From contig CAVYJM010000015.1 of assembly GCA_963768855.1 (NCBI GenBank), positions 37,905-101,904 of the forward strand: 64,000 bases of DNA, read 5' to 3'. Of this stretch, positions 1-10,222 are shown in pieces (position 1 is the first letter of the stretch; each line of letters starts with the position of its first letter). Both the position numbers and the translations under genes were made by a program. The notes under the pieces are model-generated. The model saw nothing but the letters and a program-made list of their open reading frames with translations. It was not told the origin of the DNA and searched no databases. Origin of the DNA: an uncultured Thermoplasmata archaeon (GTDB lineage: Archaea; Thermoplasmatota; Thermoplasmata; RBG-16-68-12).

Positions 1-2
1 GT

Positions 3-1616
3 GGCATAGAAGGAGGTCGTGCCGACGGGGTTGAGAGACCAGAACACCGTACCGCCCTGAACGGAGCCAGCGGGATCGATCGACCCTGAGAGAGAGATGC
101 TCGCGCCATCCGCGATGCTCGCCTTCGACTCCCGATCCGAGTACGTCTGGCCCGCGGTCGTCAGGTATAGGGTCCGGTGGCCGTCGGACTGGTCCGAAAC
201 CTGGAGGCGTTGGATCGGAGCATTGGCGAAGAACAGCCAGTCTCCGTTCACGGCATGCTCCGTTGCGCCGTCCGTCCAGGACTTGGCGCCGTGGCCCAAG
301 ACGATGTTGTAGAACGCGTTGCTCAAGCTCATGTGGGTGAGGTCGCTGCCTGCCGCATAGCTGAGCGTGTTGTTGTACCACGCATTGTTGCTCGTGTTCG
401 CGCTGGACCCAGCGCAAGGAGAGTTGGGGCAGATGTAGAACGCCGCGCTTGTCAGATTGGTGAAGGTATTGTGCGCGAAGGTGTTCCCGCCCGCCTGGAC
501 GATCACGCCGATCTGCGCACGGTCGATCGTGTTGTACCGGAAGGTGTTGAGGGCGCTTTCGTAGATGTAGTCGTAGAACCCGTAGCCGAAGCCACCAGAG
601 TTCCCAAGGCAGGTGTTGAACTCCACAAGGCTGTTCGTCATCCCGCCCGCTTCGACGCACTCAGTACCGAAGGACGGGGAGAGATAGGTGACCGTGTTGT
701 GCGCGATGTAGATCCGCTCCGAGAACTCGTTGTCGAAGGCGGCGCTGTTCGAGCCACCAGCCGCATAGTAGAAGGTCACGTTGTTCCAAGTGAGCTGCGC
801 CACCCACTGTCCAGGGTAGATCGGGTGGACCTGCGCGGACTGCTCGTTGATGATTTCGAAGCCCAACGCGTTCTTCCCGTTCGCCCTCAGGTAGAGCGTG
901 TTCGCGAAGAAGAGGGCGTTGCCGTATGTCTCGTAGTTCACGACTGCGCTCTGGAGCCCGAGCGTGATGTTCCACATCGTGTTGTGCTCGAACGTGCTGT
1001 TCGAGCCCATCCAGACGACGTGCTGGTTGAGGAGACTGTCGTCATAGTCCGATATGTTCGAATAGCCGACGTAGTCCCCGTTGACGCCGATCACTTGCAT
1101 GTTCACTCCGCGGATCGTGTCGTACGCGAAGCGGTTCCTCCCTCCCCCCGAGACGACGATGCCGAACGTGGAGCCCGACCCGGCGCCCGTGATCGTCGCG
1201 TGTTCGATCACGACCTTCGCCGGTGTGCCGCTCGAGGTCAGGTACCAGTGATAGTTGTCGTTGGACTGGAGGGCCCCCGATTCCATGACGAGGGTCCCGT
1301 AGATCGCGAAGTTGCGCTGGAGGTCCGCGGTCGAGGAGAACCGGACGAGCATGTTCCAGAGCGACAGGGTCGCGCCCGCGTTCACGGTCAGGCTCCCGGA
1401 AAGGGTCAGGGTTCCGTTGCCCCAGGTCGTATCCGTGTCGATGATGCATGAGCTGGACCAGGTCACGGCACCGAACGCATCGGAGCTCGGAGGACAGCCC
1501 GTGTTCGCCTGGGCAGAGAGAATCGGTTGCGGCAGCAAGCCGGAAAGGAACACAACCAACGCGACCGCGACGACGATGCCGCTCAGACGACCGAGAGAGA
1601 CCTTTCTCGTACGCAT
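3..1616 (-). CDS. Secreted right-handed parallel beta-helix (pectin-lyase-like) surface protein; 3' end runs off the window
   Basis: Own translation from ATG 1616 (MRTRKVSLGRLSGIVVAVALVVFLSGLL) is open to position 3. It is absent from the ORF track because there is no stop in the window. Signal peptide, then Asn/Thr-rich strand repeats (FEHNTMWNIT, IAHNTVTY, FRYNTIDR, FAHNTFTNLT) and many NxS/T sequons. Confidence 0.75.
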   Translation of the reverse strand, partial: MRTRKVSLGRLSGIVVAVALVVFLSGLLPQPILSAQANTGCPPSSDAFGAVTWSSSCIIDTDTTWGNGTLTLSGSLTVNAGATLSLWNMLVRFSSTADLQRNFAIYGTLVMESGALQSNDNYHWYLTSSGTPAKVVIEHATITGAGSGSTFGIVVSGGGRNRFAYDTIRGVNMQVIGVNGDYVGYSNISDYDDSLLNQHVVWMGSNSTFEHNTMWNITLGLQSAVVNYETYGNALFFANTLYLRANGKNALGFEIINEQSAQVHPIYPGQWVAQLTWNNVTFYYAAGGSNSAAFDNEFSERIYIAHNTVTYLSPSFGTECVEAGGMTNSLVEFNTCLGNSGGFGYGFYDYIYESALNTFRYNTIDRAQIGVIVQAGGNTFAHNTFTNLTSAAFYICPNSPCAGSSANTSNNAWYNNTLSYAAGSDLTHMSLSNAFYNIVLGHGAKSWTDGATEHAVNGDWLFFANAPIQRLQVSDQSDGHRTLYLTTAGQTYSDRESKASIADGASISLSGSIDPAGSVQGGTVFWSLNPVGTTSFYA

Positions 1617-2170
1617 GGCCTTGAAACACGTTCCTCATGCCATCCCGCGGGACGCTCGGGAAGGCCTAACTCCTCAGGCCCCCGCGTCTCCGGGAGAGGC
1701 GCCCGTTTTACCTCAGGACAGAAACTCAACCAAACGGGTCGTTAAGTACCTTTGCGTACACCGACCGAACGGCGTGGCGGCTCGGTCCGCGAGGTCGCCG
1801 CCCTCATAGGTGGCTATCCAAATGTTCAAACGCATGGGGGCACCTTCCGCGGGCGTCCTGAAGGCGGACGGGAGACGTGCGTTGGTCGGCCCCCGTGTTC
1901 CAGGTGCCGCAGATCTCGACACGATCCGGGGCGTTCCACCGGGCCAGGAGCGAGTGAGCATCCGCCGTTTCGATTCTTCAATTTCTTTCGCCCCGGGGGC
2001 TCACCAAGAAGAGGACCGAGAGGCTAGGTCCGCGCGTAGCTCCAGGGAGAGATCCGTGAGGTGGGCGGAACAGGAGTCCGCAGCGCGAAGCGCGTCGAAG
2101 AGCGCAGAAGAGGGGCCATCGACGGACCGCCGAGACGGTCTGCCTTCATCGCAGGGCCACGCGGGCTAGA

Positions 2171-3280
2171 ATGACGGGCGTTCGCCGCGAGCTTCCTGAC
2201 GTCGGACGCGTGGCCATCCTCACGGCCTACCTCCCATCGAGCCGCCCAGGCGGCGTGGAGGTCTTCACGGAGCAGCTCGCCGACGCCCTCGGCGGCGCAG
2301 AGATCTTCGCTCCTCCGCCCGGCTACGCGAGCGCATCCCCGCTGCTCACTCACCTGGGCCTCGAACAACCGATGCGCGCGGCGAGACCGGCGCGCATCTT
2401 CCGGGAGGTCCACCGCCGGAATCCCTTCGACCTGGTCATCTCCAACGGGCTCTGCGGGTGGCCGCTCTCCCTCTCCCCCGTGGACACGGTCACAGTCCAG
2501 GTCTACCACTTCACCCTGGCGGGTCTCGCGCTGAAGGCGTTGCCGCTGAAGGGAGATCGGATCACGACGGGCCGCATCGGCGGGTTCTTCGATCGGCTTG
2601 CGGGCGTGCGAAAGACGGTCGTCGCGGTGAGCGAGTCCGTTCGCCGCGAGGTGTCCACGATGTATGGTCACCGAGCGGTCGTGTTGCCGAATGGCGTCGA
2701 CGTCGGCCTCTTCCGGAGGAGCGGGAGGGACGAAGCGAGGGAATTGCTCCACCTCCCTCGCGAGGGTCCGATCGGGCTCTTCGTGGGCCGATCGGAGTAC
2801 GCGAAGGGGTTTGACTTCGTGCAAGCGGTCGCCCGGTCCATGAGCGACGTGCAGTTCGTCTCCGTTTCGCAGCCGGCTCCCGGACCGGCCAATCTCCAGT
2901 TCCGCACGGACCTCCCTCACGACCGGATGCCTCTCCTGTACTCCGCCTCCGACTTCTTCCTCCTGCCGTCGAGGTATGAGGGGTTCAACCTGTCCCTCCT
3001 GGAGGCCCTCGCATGCGAGCTGCCGGTCGTGACAAGTTCCGCGGCCTACCCCTTCGGCGACGAACGGCCCCTCCTGGCGACCGTGGTCGATCCGCTGACC
3101 AAGGATGGTTTGGCAGGGGCCATTCGGGGCGTCCTCGCCCGGGGACCGCAGACGGACCTGCGGGACCGAATCGTCCGGGAGTATTCGCTCGATGCATTCC
3201 GGCGCCGCTGGGTCGACCTCGCTCGGAGCCTCGTGGCCGGGGAGACGGCCGACATGGCCCCGTCACGTCCTGAAGCGTAG
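2171..3280 (+). CDS. Glycosyltransferase family 4
   Basis: N-terminal PGGVE, VLPNGVD, FVGR, and C-terminal PSRYEGFNLSLLEALACELPVV (GT-B EX7E motif). Confidence 0.92.
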   Translation: MTGVRRELPDVGRVAILTAYLPSSRPGGVEVFTEQLADALGGAEIFAPPPGYASASPLLTHLGLEQPMRAARPARIFREVHRRNPFDLVISNGLCGWPLSLSPVDTVTVQVYHFTLAGLALKALPLKGDRITTGRIGGFFDRLAGVRKTVVAVSESVRREVSTMYGHRAVVLPNGVDVGLFRRSGRDEARELLHLPREGPIGLFVGRSEYAKGFDFVQAVARSMSDVQFVSVSQPAPGPANLQFRTDLPHDRMPLLYSASDFFLLPSRYEGFNLSLLEALACELPVVTSSAAYPFGDERPLLATVVDPLTKDGLAGAIRGVLARGPQTDLRDRIVREYSLDAFRRRWVDLARSLVAGETADMAPSRPEA

Positions 3281-3396
3281 GATACGTTCGCCCGGAGTCG
3301 CGGAATCGTCCGCGATCGGTCGGGCTCGCTCGATGGGCTCTCGACGATTTCCGTGATAACCTTTACAGCCCTTCACACCTTTCCGAACCGCTCGAG

Positions 3397-4356
3397 GTGG
3401 AACCAGCGCGGGCGAGGCCAGACCGAACGGCCCGGTGGGCTCTCGCTTATTCAAGGACGGCCTACCAGGAGTATTTCCGCCACCGTCAGTGGAGCATCGG
3501 ATTGGTCCGAGCGCCGATCCATCGCTTCGTCGAACCCGGTTTCCGACCCGAGGTCGAATGGATCCGGGTGCCCCGCCGCGACGAATATCTCGCCGATCCG
3601 TTCGGAATCATCCACGACGGCCGCGTATCCGTCCTCTGCGAACGGTACGACCGCAGGACCTTGAAAGGGACCCTCGTGTCGTTCGACTGGCCGGCACGAG
3701 GCGTTCGACCGGACCCGGAGGCCGTGTTCTCCCTGGAATCCCACGCGTCCTATCCATTCCTCATCGAGCACGAGGGGCATGTCTACTGCGTGCCCGAAAC
3801 CTCCCGAGCCAACGAAGTCGCACTCTACGAGGCGGCCACCGATCCGCACCGGTGGACGAAGGTCACCACCCTGGTCCAAGGGTTTCCCGGGGTCGATTCC
3901 GCGGTGTTCCGCTTCGACGGGCGCTGGTGGCTCGCCAGCACGCACGCGGAGGCGCCCGATCGGCAGCTCTCCCTCTGGTACGCGGAGGACCTCCAGGGAC
4001 CCTGGCAACCTCACCCGAAGAACCCCGTCAAGGACGACCTGACGTCGGCTCGATCCGCGGGGACGCCGTTCGTCTGGCAAGGTACGCTGTACCGCCCCGC
4101 CCAGGATTGCTCGAGGACCTATGGCGGCCGCGTCGCCATGAACGCGGTCGGGCAACTCTCTCCCGACGCATTCGAGGAACACGTCCTGACGTTCGTCGAA
4201 CCGGATCCCAAGGGACCGTACCACCGGGGCTTGCATACGCTGTCCTCCGTGGGCGACATGACCCTCATCGACGGGTTCCGGAACGTGTTCAGCCGGGCGG
4301 CGTTCCGTCAGAGGCTCGCGAAGGGATTCGCGGGGCGTCGCGCTCGAGGGTCGTAG
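3397..4356 (+). CDS. Five-bladed beta-propeller glycoside-hydrolase-like protein (GH32/GH43 clan, GINT1 N-terminal-like)
   Basis: Motifs YLADPF, HASYPFL, YCVPET, GPWQPHPKNPV, ARSAGTPF, LYRPAQDC and GLHTLS, as recalled for this propeller family. Confidence 0.7.
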   Translation: MEPARARPDRTARWALAYSRTAYQEYFRHRQWSIGLVRAPIHRFVEPGFRPEVEWIRVPRRDEYLADPFGIIHDGRVSVLCERYDRRTLKGTLVSFDWPARGVRPDPEAVFSLESHASYPFLIEHEGHVYCVPETSRANEVALYEAATDPHRWTKVTTLVQGFPGVDSAVFRFDGRWWLASTHAEAPDRQLSLWYAEDLQGPWQPHPKNPVKDDLTSARSAGTPFVWQGTLYRPAQDCSRTYGGRVAMNAVGQLSPDAFEEHVLTFVEPDPKGPYHRGLHTLSSVGDMTLIDGFRNVFSRAAFRQRLAKGFAGRRARGS

Positions 4357-4393
4357 ACACGCGTCCAGGTCGCGACCGTGCCGTCCCGCCGCC

Positions 4394-5503
4394 TCACGCC
4401 GACTCGACGAGCGACCGGATCTGACGGAGCTCCTCCTGGGAGGGGGACGTCGGCATCTGGACCTCGAAGCATCGGGCATGGCTGAACGCCTTTTGCAGGA
4501 CCGCCGCACCGGCCTGGGCAAAGTCGAGCGGTCCGTCGGGCATGCCGGCATACGCCTTGGCGGTTCGATCCAGATTGAACATGTACCGCTCGTACATCGC
4601 GGTGAGGGCGACCCGCCGGGCCAGCTCCTCCGGGGCCAGGTCCGCGATCCCGACGCGACGGGACCGACCCGTCGAGAGCAAGCACGCCTTGGTCAGGGGA
4701 GCCCGGATGCCCTCGCGGCTGCCCGGGATAACGCGGTTAATCGGGGCTCGGACGTAGATGAAGAACCGGCTCTCCAACCGAGCGCGGATGTTGGCCGAGA
4801 TCGCGGCGTCCGGATTGAGGGAGCGGGCGAGACGATTCATCGCGAGGCGGCGCTCCAGGCTGCGTCGCGCCTTCGGGCCGCCGACGGTGGACCGGAGCTG
4901 GGGATGGGCCTCGAAGTTATAGGAGAACAGACGGAGCCACCGAGGATAGCCGAGGAGCTCCCCGGAGGAGGAGACGAGACACCAGTCGTCCGCCATGTAG
5001 TCGTATCCGTTCGAGACGAACTCCAGGGCCACGTTCGTCTTCCCGGTGTGGGCCCAGGCCGGGAACAGGATCCCCACTCCGTCGCGGGAGACCGCGGAGC
5101 TGTGGGCCAGGAACGCCCCCCGGGACATCACGTGGAAGAAGAGGAGGCCCTCGACCCACCGGGCATAGAGGTCTTCTGGATCCAGCCCCGGTTCCGCGCG
5201 GATGACCCCTTCCGAGAGACGGATCCGTCCGGAGCTCGTGCCCATGACCATCGAATCCTTGTCGAACGAGTAGATCGTGGAGAGCAGTCGATCGTCGCTG
5301 CCCACCTCGCCCTCCTCGACGATGAGATCCACGGGGCCGTCCGGGCGTGCGTTGCGGTCGAGGAAGAACGGGAACTCCTCGCGCATGAGACCGGCGAGCC
5401 TCCGGTGGGCGACCCGGACCGAGAAGAGGCCGTGGAAGGAGAAGGTCGCGGGGAGCGATTCGTTCAGTACGGAGGGCGAGCCCATCGTGGCCAGGGACGA
5501 CAC
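4394..5503 (-). CDS. HPr-kinase-related P-loop kinase
   Basis: FLAHSSAVSRDGVGILFPAWAHTGKT (His-x-S-A-V plus variant Walker A) and YMADDW (DD motif). Confidence 0.75.
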   Translation of the reverse strand: MSSLATMGSPSVLNESLPATFSFHGLFSVRVAHRRLAGLMREEFPFFLDRNARPDGPVDLIVEEGEVGSDDRLLSTIYSFDKDSMVMGTSSGRIRLSEGVIRAEPGLDPEDLYARWVEGLLFFHVMSRGAFLAHSSAVSRDGVGILFPAWAHTGKTNVALEFVSNGYDYMADDWCLVSSSGELLGYPRWLRLFSYNFEAHPQLRSTVGGPKARRSLERRLAMNRLARSLNPDAAISANIRARLESRFFIYVRAPINRVIPGSREGIRAPLTKACLLSTGRSRRVGIADLAPEELARRVALTAMYERYMFNLDRTAKAYAGMPDGPLDFAQAGAAVLQKAFSHARCFEVQMPTSPSQEELRQIRSLVESA

Positions 5504-5572
5504 CGGTCCAGCATAAGGGGTTTGGAATAAGTGGGTTGCGTCTCGGCGCGCAGGGAGGAGGAGCGGGACCCG

Positions 5573-6580
5573 CTAGAAGAGGGAGAGGACCCGCTCTCGG
5601 GCCTCTGCGGTCCGGGACATCACAAGGCGGTAGGAGGGCACCGCGCGCGCAAGGACCTCGAGGCCCTCCAGACTCGAGGGAGGCGCGAGGGGACCCAGAT
5701 ACGTGTGCCGTGGGAATTCATGGGTCATCTCCTGGACCTGGACGAGGCGTCGGAATCCCTCTTCGGGAGGGAGGCGGGCGAACGCGGTCTCGTTTCCCAG
5801 CGAGAGGAAGACGAGGGCCAGAGCCTCCGCGGTCGTCTTCGTCTTCCCTGAATCGGGTCGCATGAAGTACTTGCCGTGCGCGGTCGGGAGGGCCGGGGAT
5901 CCGGCCGCAGGAGGACCGGGCATCCTCAGGGCGGCCGGGAAGCCGAGGACGCTCGAGCGATCGAGGGCCACGAAGTTATCGGACACGTAGTCCAGCTGGT
6001 CCAGGAGGCTTGCGCAGAGGGTCGACTTCCCGCTTCCGTTGAGCCCCACCAGGAGCACGGCACGTCCGTCCCTCGCCACCGCGGAGGCGTGCAGGATGAG
6101 GGCCCCCCTTCGCTCCAGCTTCAGAAGGACGGGCTCCTGGACTCCGAGACGGAACAACGCGAACTCGTCCTCCCAGGGCTGCCCTTTCCCGAAGATCCTC
6201 CGCACGCGGGAGGTGCGATCAAGGATGTAGGAGGCTCGGACGAGGGCGTCGTTCCCGTCCGTGTATCGAACGACGAGCTTCCCCGCGGCATAGCGAGCCG
6301 TCCCGCCCTCGAGGAATTCGTTCGTGCCCAGGCGCTCCTCCTTCCCGCGACGCTCGATCCCGACCCCGGGCGATTCGAACCAGCCACGGACTCGCAGGTC
6401 CACATGGACAGAGAGGGATTCCGAGGACGGGCCCGAACGATCGAAGGCACCGAACATCAGATCGCTCAGCGTGAGGAACTCGGGCCAAGGCGACGCGACC
6501 GAGACGCGGATTCCGTGGACCGTGAACGTCCGCGTCTCGTCATTGGGACGCGGCTGGGCGGAATCGGACAGATCGGACAC
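5573..6580 (-). CDS. HPr-kinase-related P-loop kinase (second, divergent paralog)
   Basis: LILHASAVARDGRAVLLVGLNGSGKST and YVSDNF. GTG start at 6580 with GGAGGG upstream. Confidence 0.75.
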   Translation of the reverse strand: MSDLSDSAQPRPNDETRTFTVHGIRVSVASPWPEFLTLSDLMFGAFDRSGPSSESLSVHVDLRVRGWFESPGVGIERRGKEERLGTNEFLEGGTARYAAGKLVVRYTDGNDALVRASYILDRTSRVRRIFGKGQPWEDEFALFRLGVQEPVLLKLERRGALILHASAVARDGRAVLLVGLNGSGKSTLCASLLDQLDYVSDNFVALDRSSVLGFPAALRMPGPPAAGSPALPTAHGKYFMRPDSGKTKTTAEALALVFLSLGNETAFARLPPEEGFRRLVQVQEMTHEFPRHTYLGPLAPPSSLEGLEVLARAVPSYRLVMSRTAEARERVLSLF

Positions 6581-6864
6581 GGGCCCTCCGGGGCGCGAGG
6601 CGAGGCGCGGAGGTCCGCGAGTGCAGCGCCGCTCGCGGCCGGGCCATAGGGGCACCTCTACATATCTCATTCTGTCACATGGAGGGGAGCGTGCCCTGTG
6701 GTCGCCGCGTTCCCCAGGCGGATTCCGTCATTTCGGTTATCGGCAATCACGTTCGATAGGCGACCAAGAACCGACTTATAGACTGCACCGGCGTGCGGCG
6801 CCAGCCCACCGAAATGTCCGGACACTCCCCCAAACCGCAATGGTCCGCATGCAACGGCCCCCAG

Positions 6865-9800
6865 ATGAATCGAACCGAACCTCATGCCTCAATTCGCGGC
6901 AATCACCGCCGAGTCGTGGCCTGCCTGCTCGGCGCGTTGGCGGTGATCCTCCTCATCGCGTCCCTCGCAGGGGCCGGTGTCCCGCTCCATGCAGTTCCGA
7001 ACCTGACCGCGGACTACACGCAAACCGCGAGCATCTACGTCCGCGTGGTGCGCACAGGATGGAGCGAAGCCGCGGTCCTCGGCGTCCAGAACGGGACGGG
7101 GTCGGCAGTCGCGGTGAGCATCCTCGTGAACGGGGCCGTCAAGAACTCGACGACCACGATCTATAACGGGGAGTTCTGGTCGCTCCACGTGAGTGTGGCG
7201 AACGGCTCGAGCGTCCAGGCCGTCATCGGCAGCTACATCTCGAACCCCGCCTCCGTGCCCGCCTATCGGCCCCAGCCCGTGACGCCGGGAGGCATCATCT
7301 ACGCTCGCGGATCCCAGCTCTTCGTCAACGGCACTCCCGTTCAACTCTTCGGGGTCGACGAGGAGACCGGGTTCACCTATGCGATGATTGCGGCCGGGCT
7401 CTGCGGGTGGACGAACCCGTCCCAGTACTGGGGCAACAACCAGCTCTTCCCCTCCGGACCGAGCACGAAGATCCCGGGGGTCTCGAGCGTGGACCAGTAT
7501 TGGCAGAAGTTCTTCCAGTACTTCCTCCACTACAACCAAGTCGCCGGGAACGCGACGAACCCGAAGATCAATGTCATCCGGATCACCGTCGTCGACGACA
7601 CGTTCGTGCCGGAAGGCGCGTACTGGGCGTGGAAGAACAACCCGACCACCTTCTGGCAAATCTTCGACAGCATGCTCTATTGGGCCGGCCGCGCCGGCTT
7701 GTATGTCGTCCCGGTCCTCGGCCACATCGCCCAGAAGGGGACGAGCACGGTCGAGACCTGGTACGACACCTCCACCCCCCAGTTCGCCCACCACGTCGCA
7801 CTGGTCCAGGCCATCCTCGCGCGGTACAACAACAACACCCGGATCGCGATGTGGGACCTCTGGAACGAACCCGAGGTGAACAACGATGTGTACTGGGCCA
7901 GCGTCGGCGGGATCACGGGCTTCCGGGCCTGGGCAACGACGCTCATCTCGGCCGTGAAGCCCTACAGCTCGAACCACCTCCTCACGATGGGCACCTGCGG
8001 GTGGACCCTGTTCCCCGGAATCCCCGGATTCGGATGGGAGTACTACTTCTTCTTCAACGACATGCCCGGTCTGGACGTGGCCTCGAACCACTACTACGCC
8101 ACGGCGCAGGACCAGTACCTGGTCACCTGGCAGACGGACTGGCACAAGGGATTGAACATCCCCGAGTTCCAGGGGGAGTTCGGCTACGGTGCGTCGGGCG
8201 GGAACCAGCTCGGCTACGGATACTGGCCCTGGTTCGCTCAGCACACGATGGCCGCCGGATGGTCCGTCGCGACGATGGTGTTCCTGAACGACGGAGTGGG
8301 CCCCTATGCGGACTACCCGTACCTCGGATCGCTCCCCTCCTACCCGAACGGGACGGCCCCCGGACCCCAGGGTCCCGTCGCGAGCTTCGTCGTCACCCCC
8401 AGCTCTCCGGTGGCCGGCACGGCCGCGACCTTTGACGGTTCCCTCTCCTCGGACACGGCGACGATCACGTCCTATGCGTGGACCTTCGGGGATGGGGGCT
8501 CCGGCACGGGCGCGGTGCTGAGCCACACCTACGCCTCGGCCGGCACGTACCTCGCCTCCCTGAAGGTGACGGATACGAACGCTGCGAGCAACACGACCTC
8601 TCGATCCGTGCAGGTCACGTCGGCCCAGCCGCCGCCCGCGGACACGACGCCCCCCGCCCAGGTGACGGACCTACAGACCACATCGGTGGGTGCGACCGCG
8701 GTCGCCCTCCGATGGACCGCGCCAGGGAACAACGGAACCACGGGGCAGGCGACCCAGTACGATCTGCGCTATAACACGCTGGGTCCGCTGGACGACACGA
8801 ACTTCACCTCGGGCGTCCGGGTGCCGACGCCCGCCCCGAGCCCGGCGGGCACGACGGAGACCTTGAGCGTGACGGGCCTCACACCCGCCACGGACTACTG
8901 GTTTGCCCTCCGCACCGCGGATGCGGTGCCGAACTGGTCCCCGGTCTCGAACGATGCCGTGACGACCACGGCGTCTCCGCCCATGAGCCCCACCCCGCCG
9001 TCCGTCACGACCTTCGCGGCGACCGCGAGGGGCCAGACCACGGCCACGCTCAACGGGAACCTCGGAAGCCTCGGCTCGGGCTCTCCGGTCACGGTGGGCT
9101 TCTGGTACGGGACGAGCCCGACCCTTGCGGGCGCCCTCAATGCGACCGCCGGATCCGTCACGATTCCAGGTTCCTTCAGCTTGAAGATCAACGGGCTCAC
9201 CTCCGGCGGAGTGTACTACTTCTCCGCGTGGGCGAACGGGACCGGCTTCGCCAGCGGCGCTGTGCTGAACTTCACCTCCTCCAACCCGGGCACCCTCGCG
9301 CCGCGCGCGAACACCCACAAGCCCCACGGTTCGACCGCGACGACCGCCACGGTGAGCGGGAACGTGTCGAGCCTCGGCAACGCGTCTGCGGTCAATGTCG
9401 GCTTCCTCATCAGCACGAGCCCGACCCTTTTCGGGGCCATGAACGTGACCGTCAGCACCCTCGCGGATCCCGCCGAATTCCAACTATCGGTCAGCGGCCT
9501 GGCGCCGAACACGGTGTACTACTATGAGGCGTGGGCGGCCGGACAGGGGTTCGCGCTCGGCGGGATCTTGAACGTGTCCACCTCGGCCCTCCTGCCGCCT
9601 TCCGTTGCACCCGCGGTCCTCGGGGTCACGTACAGTCCCGAGACGCAGTCGCTCGACATCGCCTTCTCCCAGCCCATGAACCGCAGCTCCGTCCAGGACG
9701 CCGTCGCGATTTCCCCCTCCGTGAGCTACCAACTCGTCTGGGTCAACGACAGCCATGTGCAGCTCCAGCTGGAGTCCGCACTCACCGCGAACCAGGACTA

Positions 9801-10200
9801 CGGCCTCACCGTCGGATCGACCGCCCTCAGTGCGAGCGGGCAGCCCATGGGGGACCCGTTCACGTTCCGCTTCACGGCGCCTCCCGCTGCGAGCATCGCG
9901 GCGCCGAACCTGTGGGACGCCCTGTGGCTCACCTGGCTCCCGTGGATCGTCCTGGGGCTCGCGGCATTGTGGGCCATCGCCCTCCTCCTGCACATCCGGG
10001 GGCGGCGGAAGCTCCGCGCACTCCGGGACAAGACCCGCCTCCTCGCGCGTCGCATCGATGAGCTGCGCACCGAGAATTCACGCTTGACGCCGAAGGCGGC
10101 CTCCCCACCGGCCCTTCGGCCCGTACCCGTTCGGCGCGTCCCGCTGAAGGTCGCCCCTCGCGGGGGCACCGGGAGCGGAAAACCCTTAAGCGGGCCGTAG
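6865..10200 (+). CDS. Membrane-anchored GH5 (clan GH-A) glycoside hydrolase with PKD, FN3-like x3 and SbsA-type Ig domains
   Basis: Signal/TM segment. Catalytic WDLWNEPE (acid/base), NHYY and QGEFG (nucleophile). PKD motif SYAWTFGDG; FN3 motifs ALRWTAPG and GLTPATDYWF; Ig motif FSQPMNRSSV; C-terminal TM and basic tail. Confidence 0.85.
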   Translation: MNRTEPHASIRGNHRRVVACLLGALAVILLIASLAGAGVPLHAVPNLTADYTQTASIYVRVVRTGWSEAAVLGVQNGTGSAVAVSILVNGAVKNSTTTIYNGEFWSLHVSVANGSSVQAVIGSYISNPASVPAYRPQPVTPGGIIYARGSQLFVNGTPVQLFGVDEETGFTYAMIAAGLCGWTNPSQYWGNNQLFPSGPSTKIPGVSSVDQYWQKFFQYFLHYNQVAGNATNPKINVIRITVVDDTFVPEGAYWAWKNNPTTFWQIFDSMLYWAGRAGLYVVPVLGHIAQKGTSTVETWYDTSTPQFAHHVALVQAILARYNNNTRIAMWDLWNEPEVNNDVYWASVGGITGFRAWATTLISAVKPYSSNHLLTMGTCGWTLFPGIPGFGWEYYFFFNDMPGLDVASNHYYATAQDQYLVTWQTDWHKGLNIPEFQGEFGYGASGGNQLGYGYWPWFAQHTMAAGWSVATMVFLNDGVGPYADYPYLGSLPSYPNGTAPGPQGPVASFVVTPSSPVAGTAATFDGSLSSDTATITSYAWTFGDGGSGTGAVLSHTYASAGTYLASLKVTDTNAASNTTSRSVQVTSAQPPPADTTPPAQVTDLQTTSVGATAVALRWTAPGNNGTTGQATQYDLRYNTLGPLDDTNFTSGVRVPTPAPSPAGTTETLSVTGLTPATDYWFALRTADAVPNWSPVSNDAVTTTASPPMSPTPPSVTTFAATARGQTTATLNGNLGSLGSGSPVTVGFWYGTSPTLAGALNATAGSVTIPGSFSLKINGLTSGGVYYFSAWANGTGFASGAVLNFTSSNPGTLAPRANTHKPHGSTATTATVSGNVSSLGNASAVNVGFLISTSPTLFGAMNVTVSTLADPAEFQLSVSGLAPNTVYYYEAWAAGQGFALGGILNVSTSALLPPSVAPAVLGVTYSPETQSLDIAFSQPMNRSSVQDAVAISPSVSYQLVWVNDSHVQLQLESALTANQDYGLTVGSTALSASGQPMGDPFTFRFTAPPAASIAAPNLWDALWLTWLPWIVLGLAALWAIALLLHIRGRRKLRALRDKTRLLARRIDELRTENSRLTPKAASPPALRPVPVRRVPLKVAPRGGTGSGKPLSGP

Positions 10201-10222
10201 GGTCTCCCTCTCCGGGGTCCCC

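Noticed and set aside
1810-2169. 119-aa ORF between the beta-helix gene and the GT4
   Set aside because: Ser/Arg-rich with no motif, and it lies in the divergent promoter region; treated as non-coding.
4394-6580. Lasso-peptide/RiPP cluster implied by HprK-like kinases
   Set aside because: No asparagine-synthetase-like cyclase, B peptidase, PqqD/RRE or precursor peptide was seen nearby.
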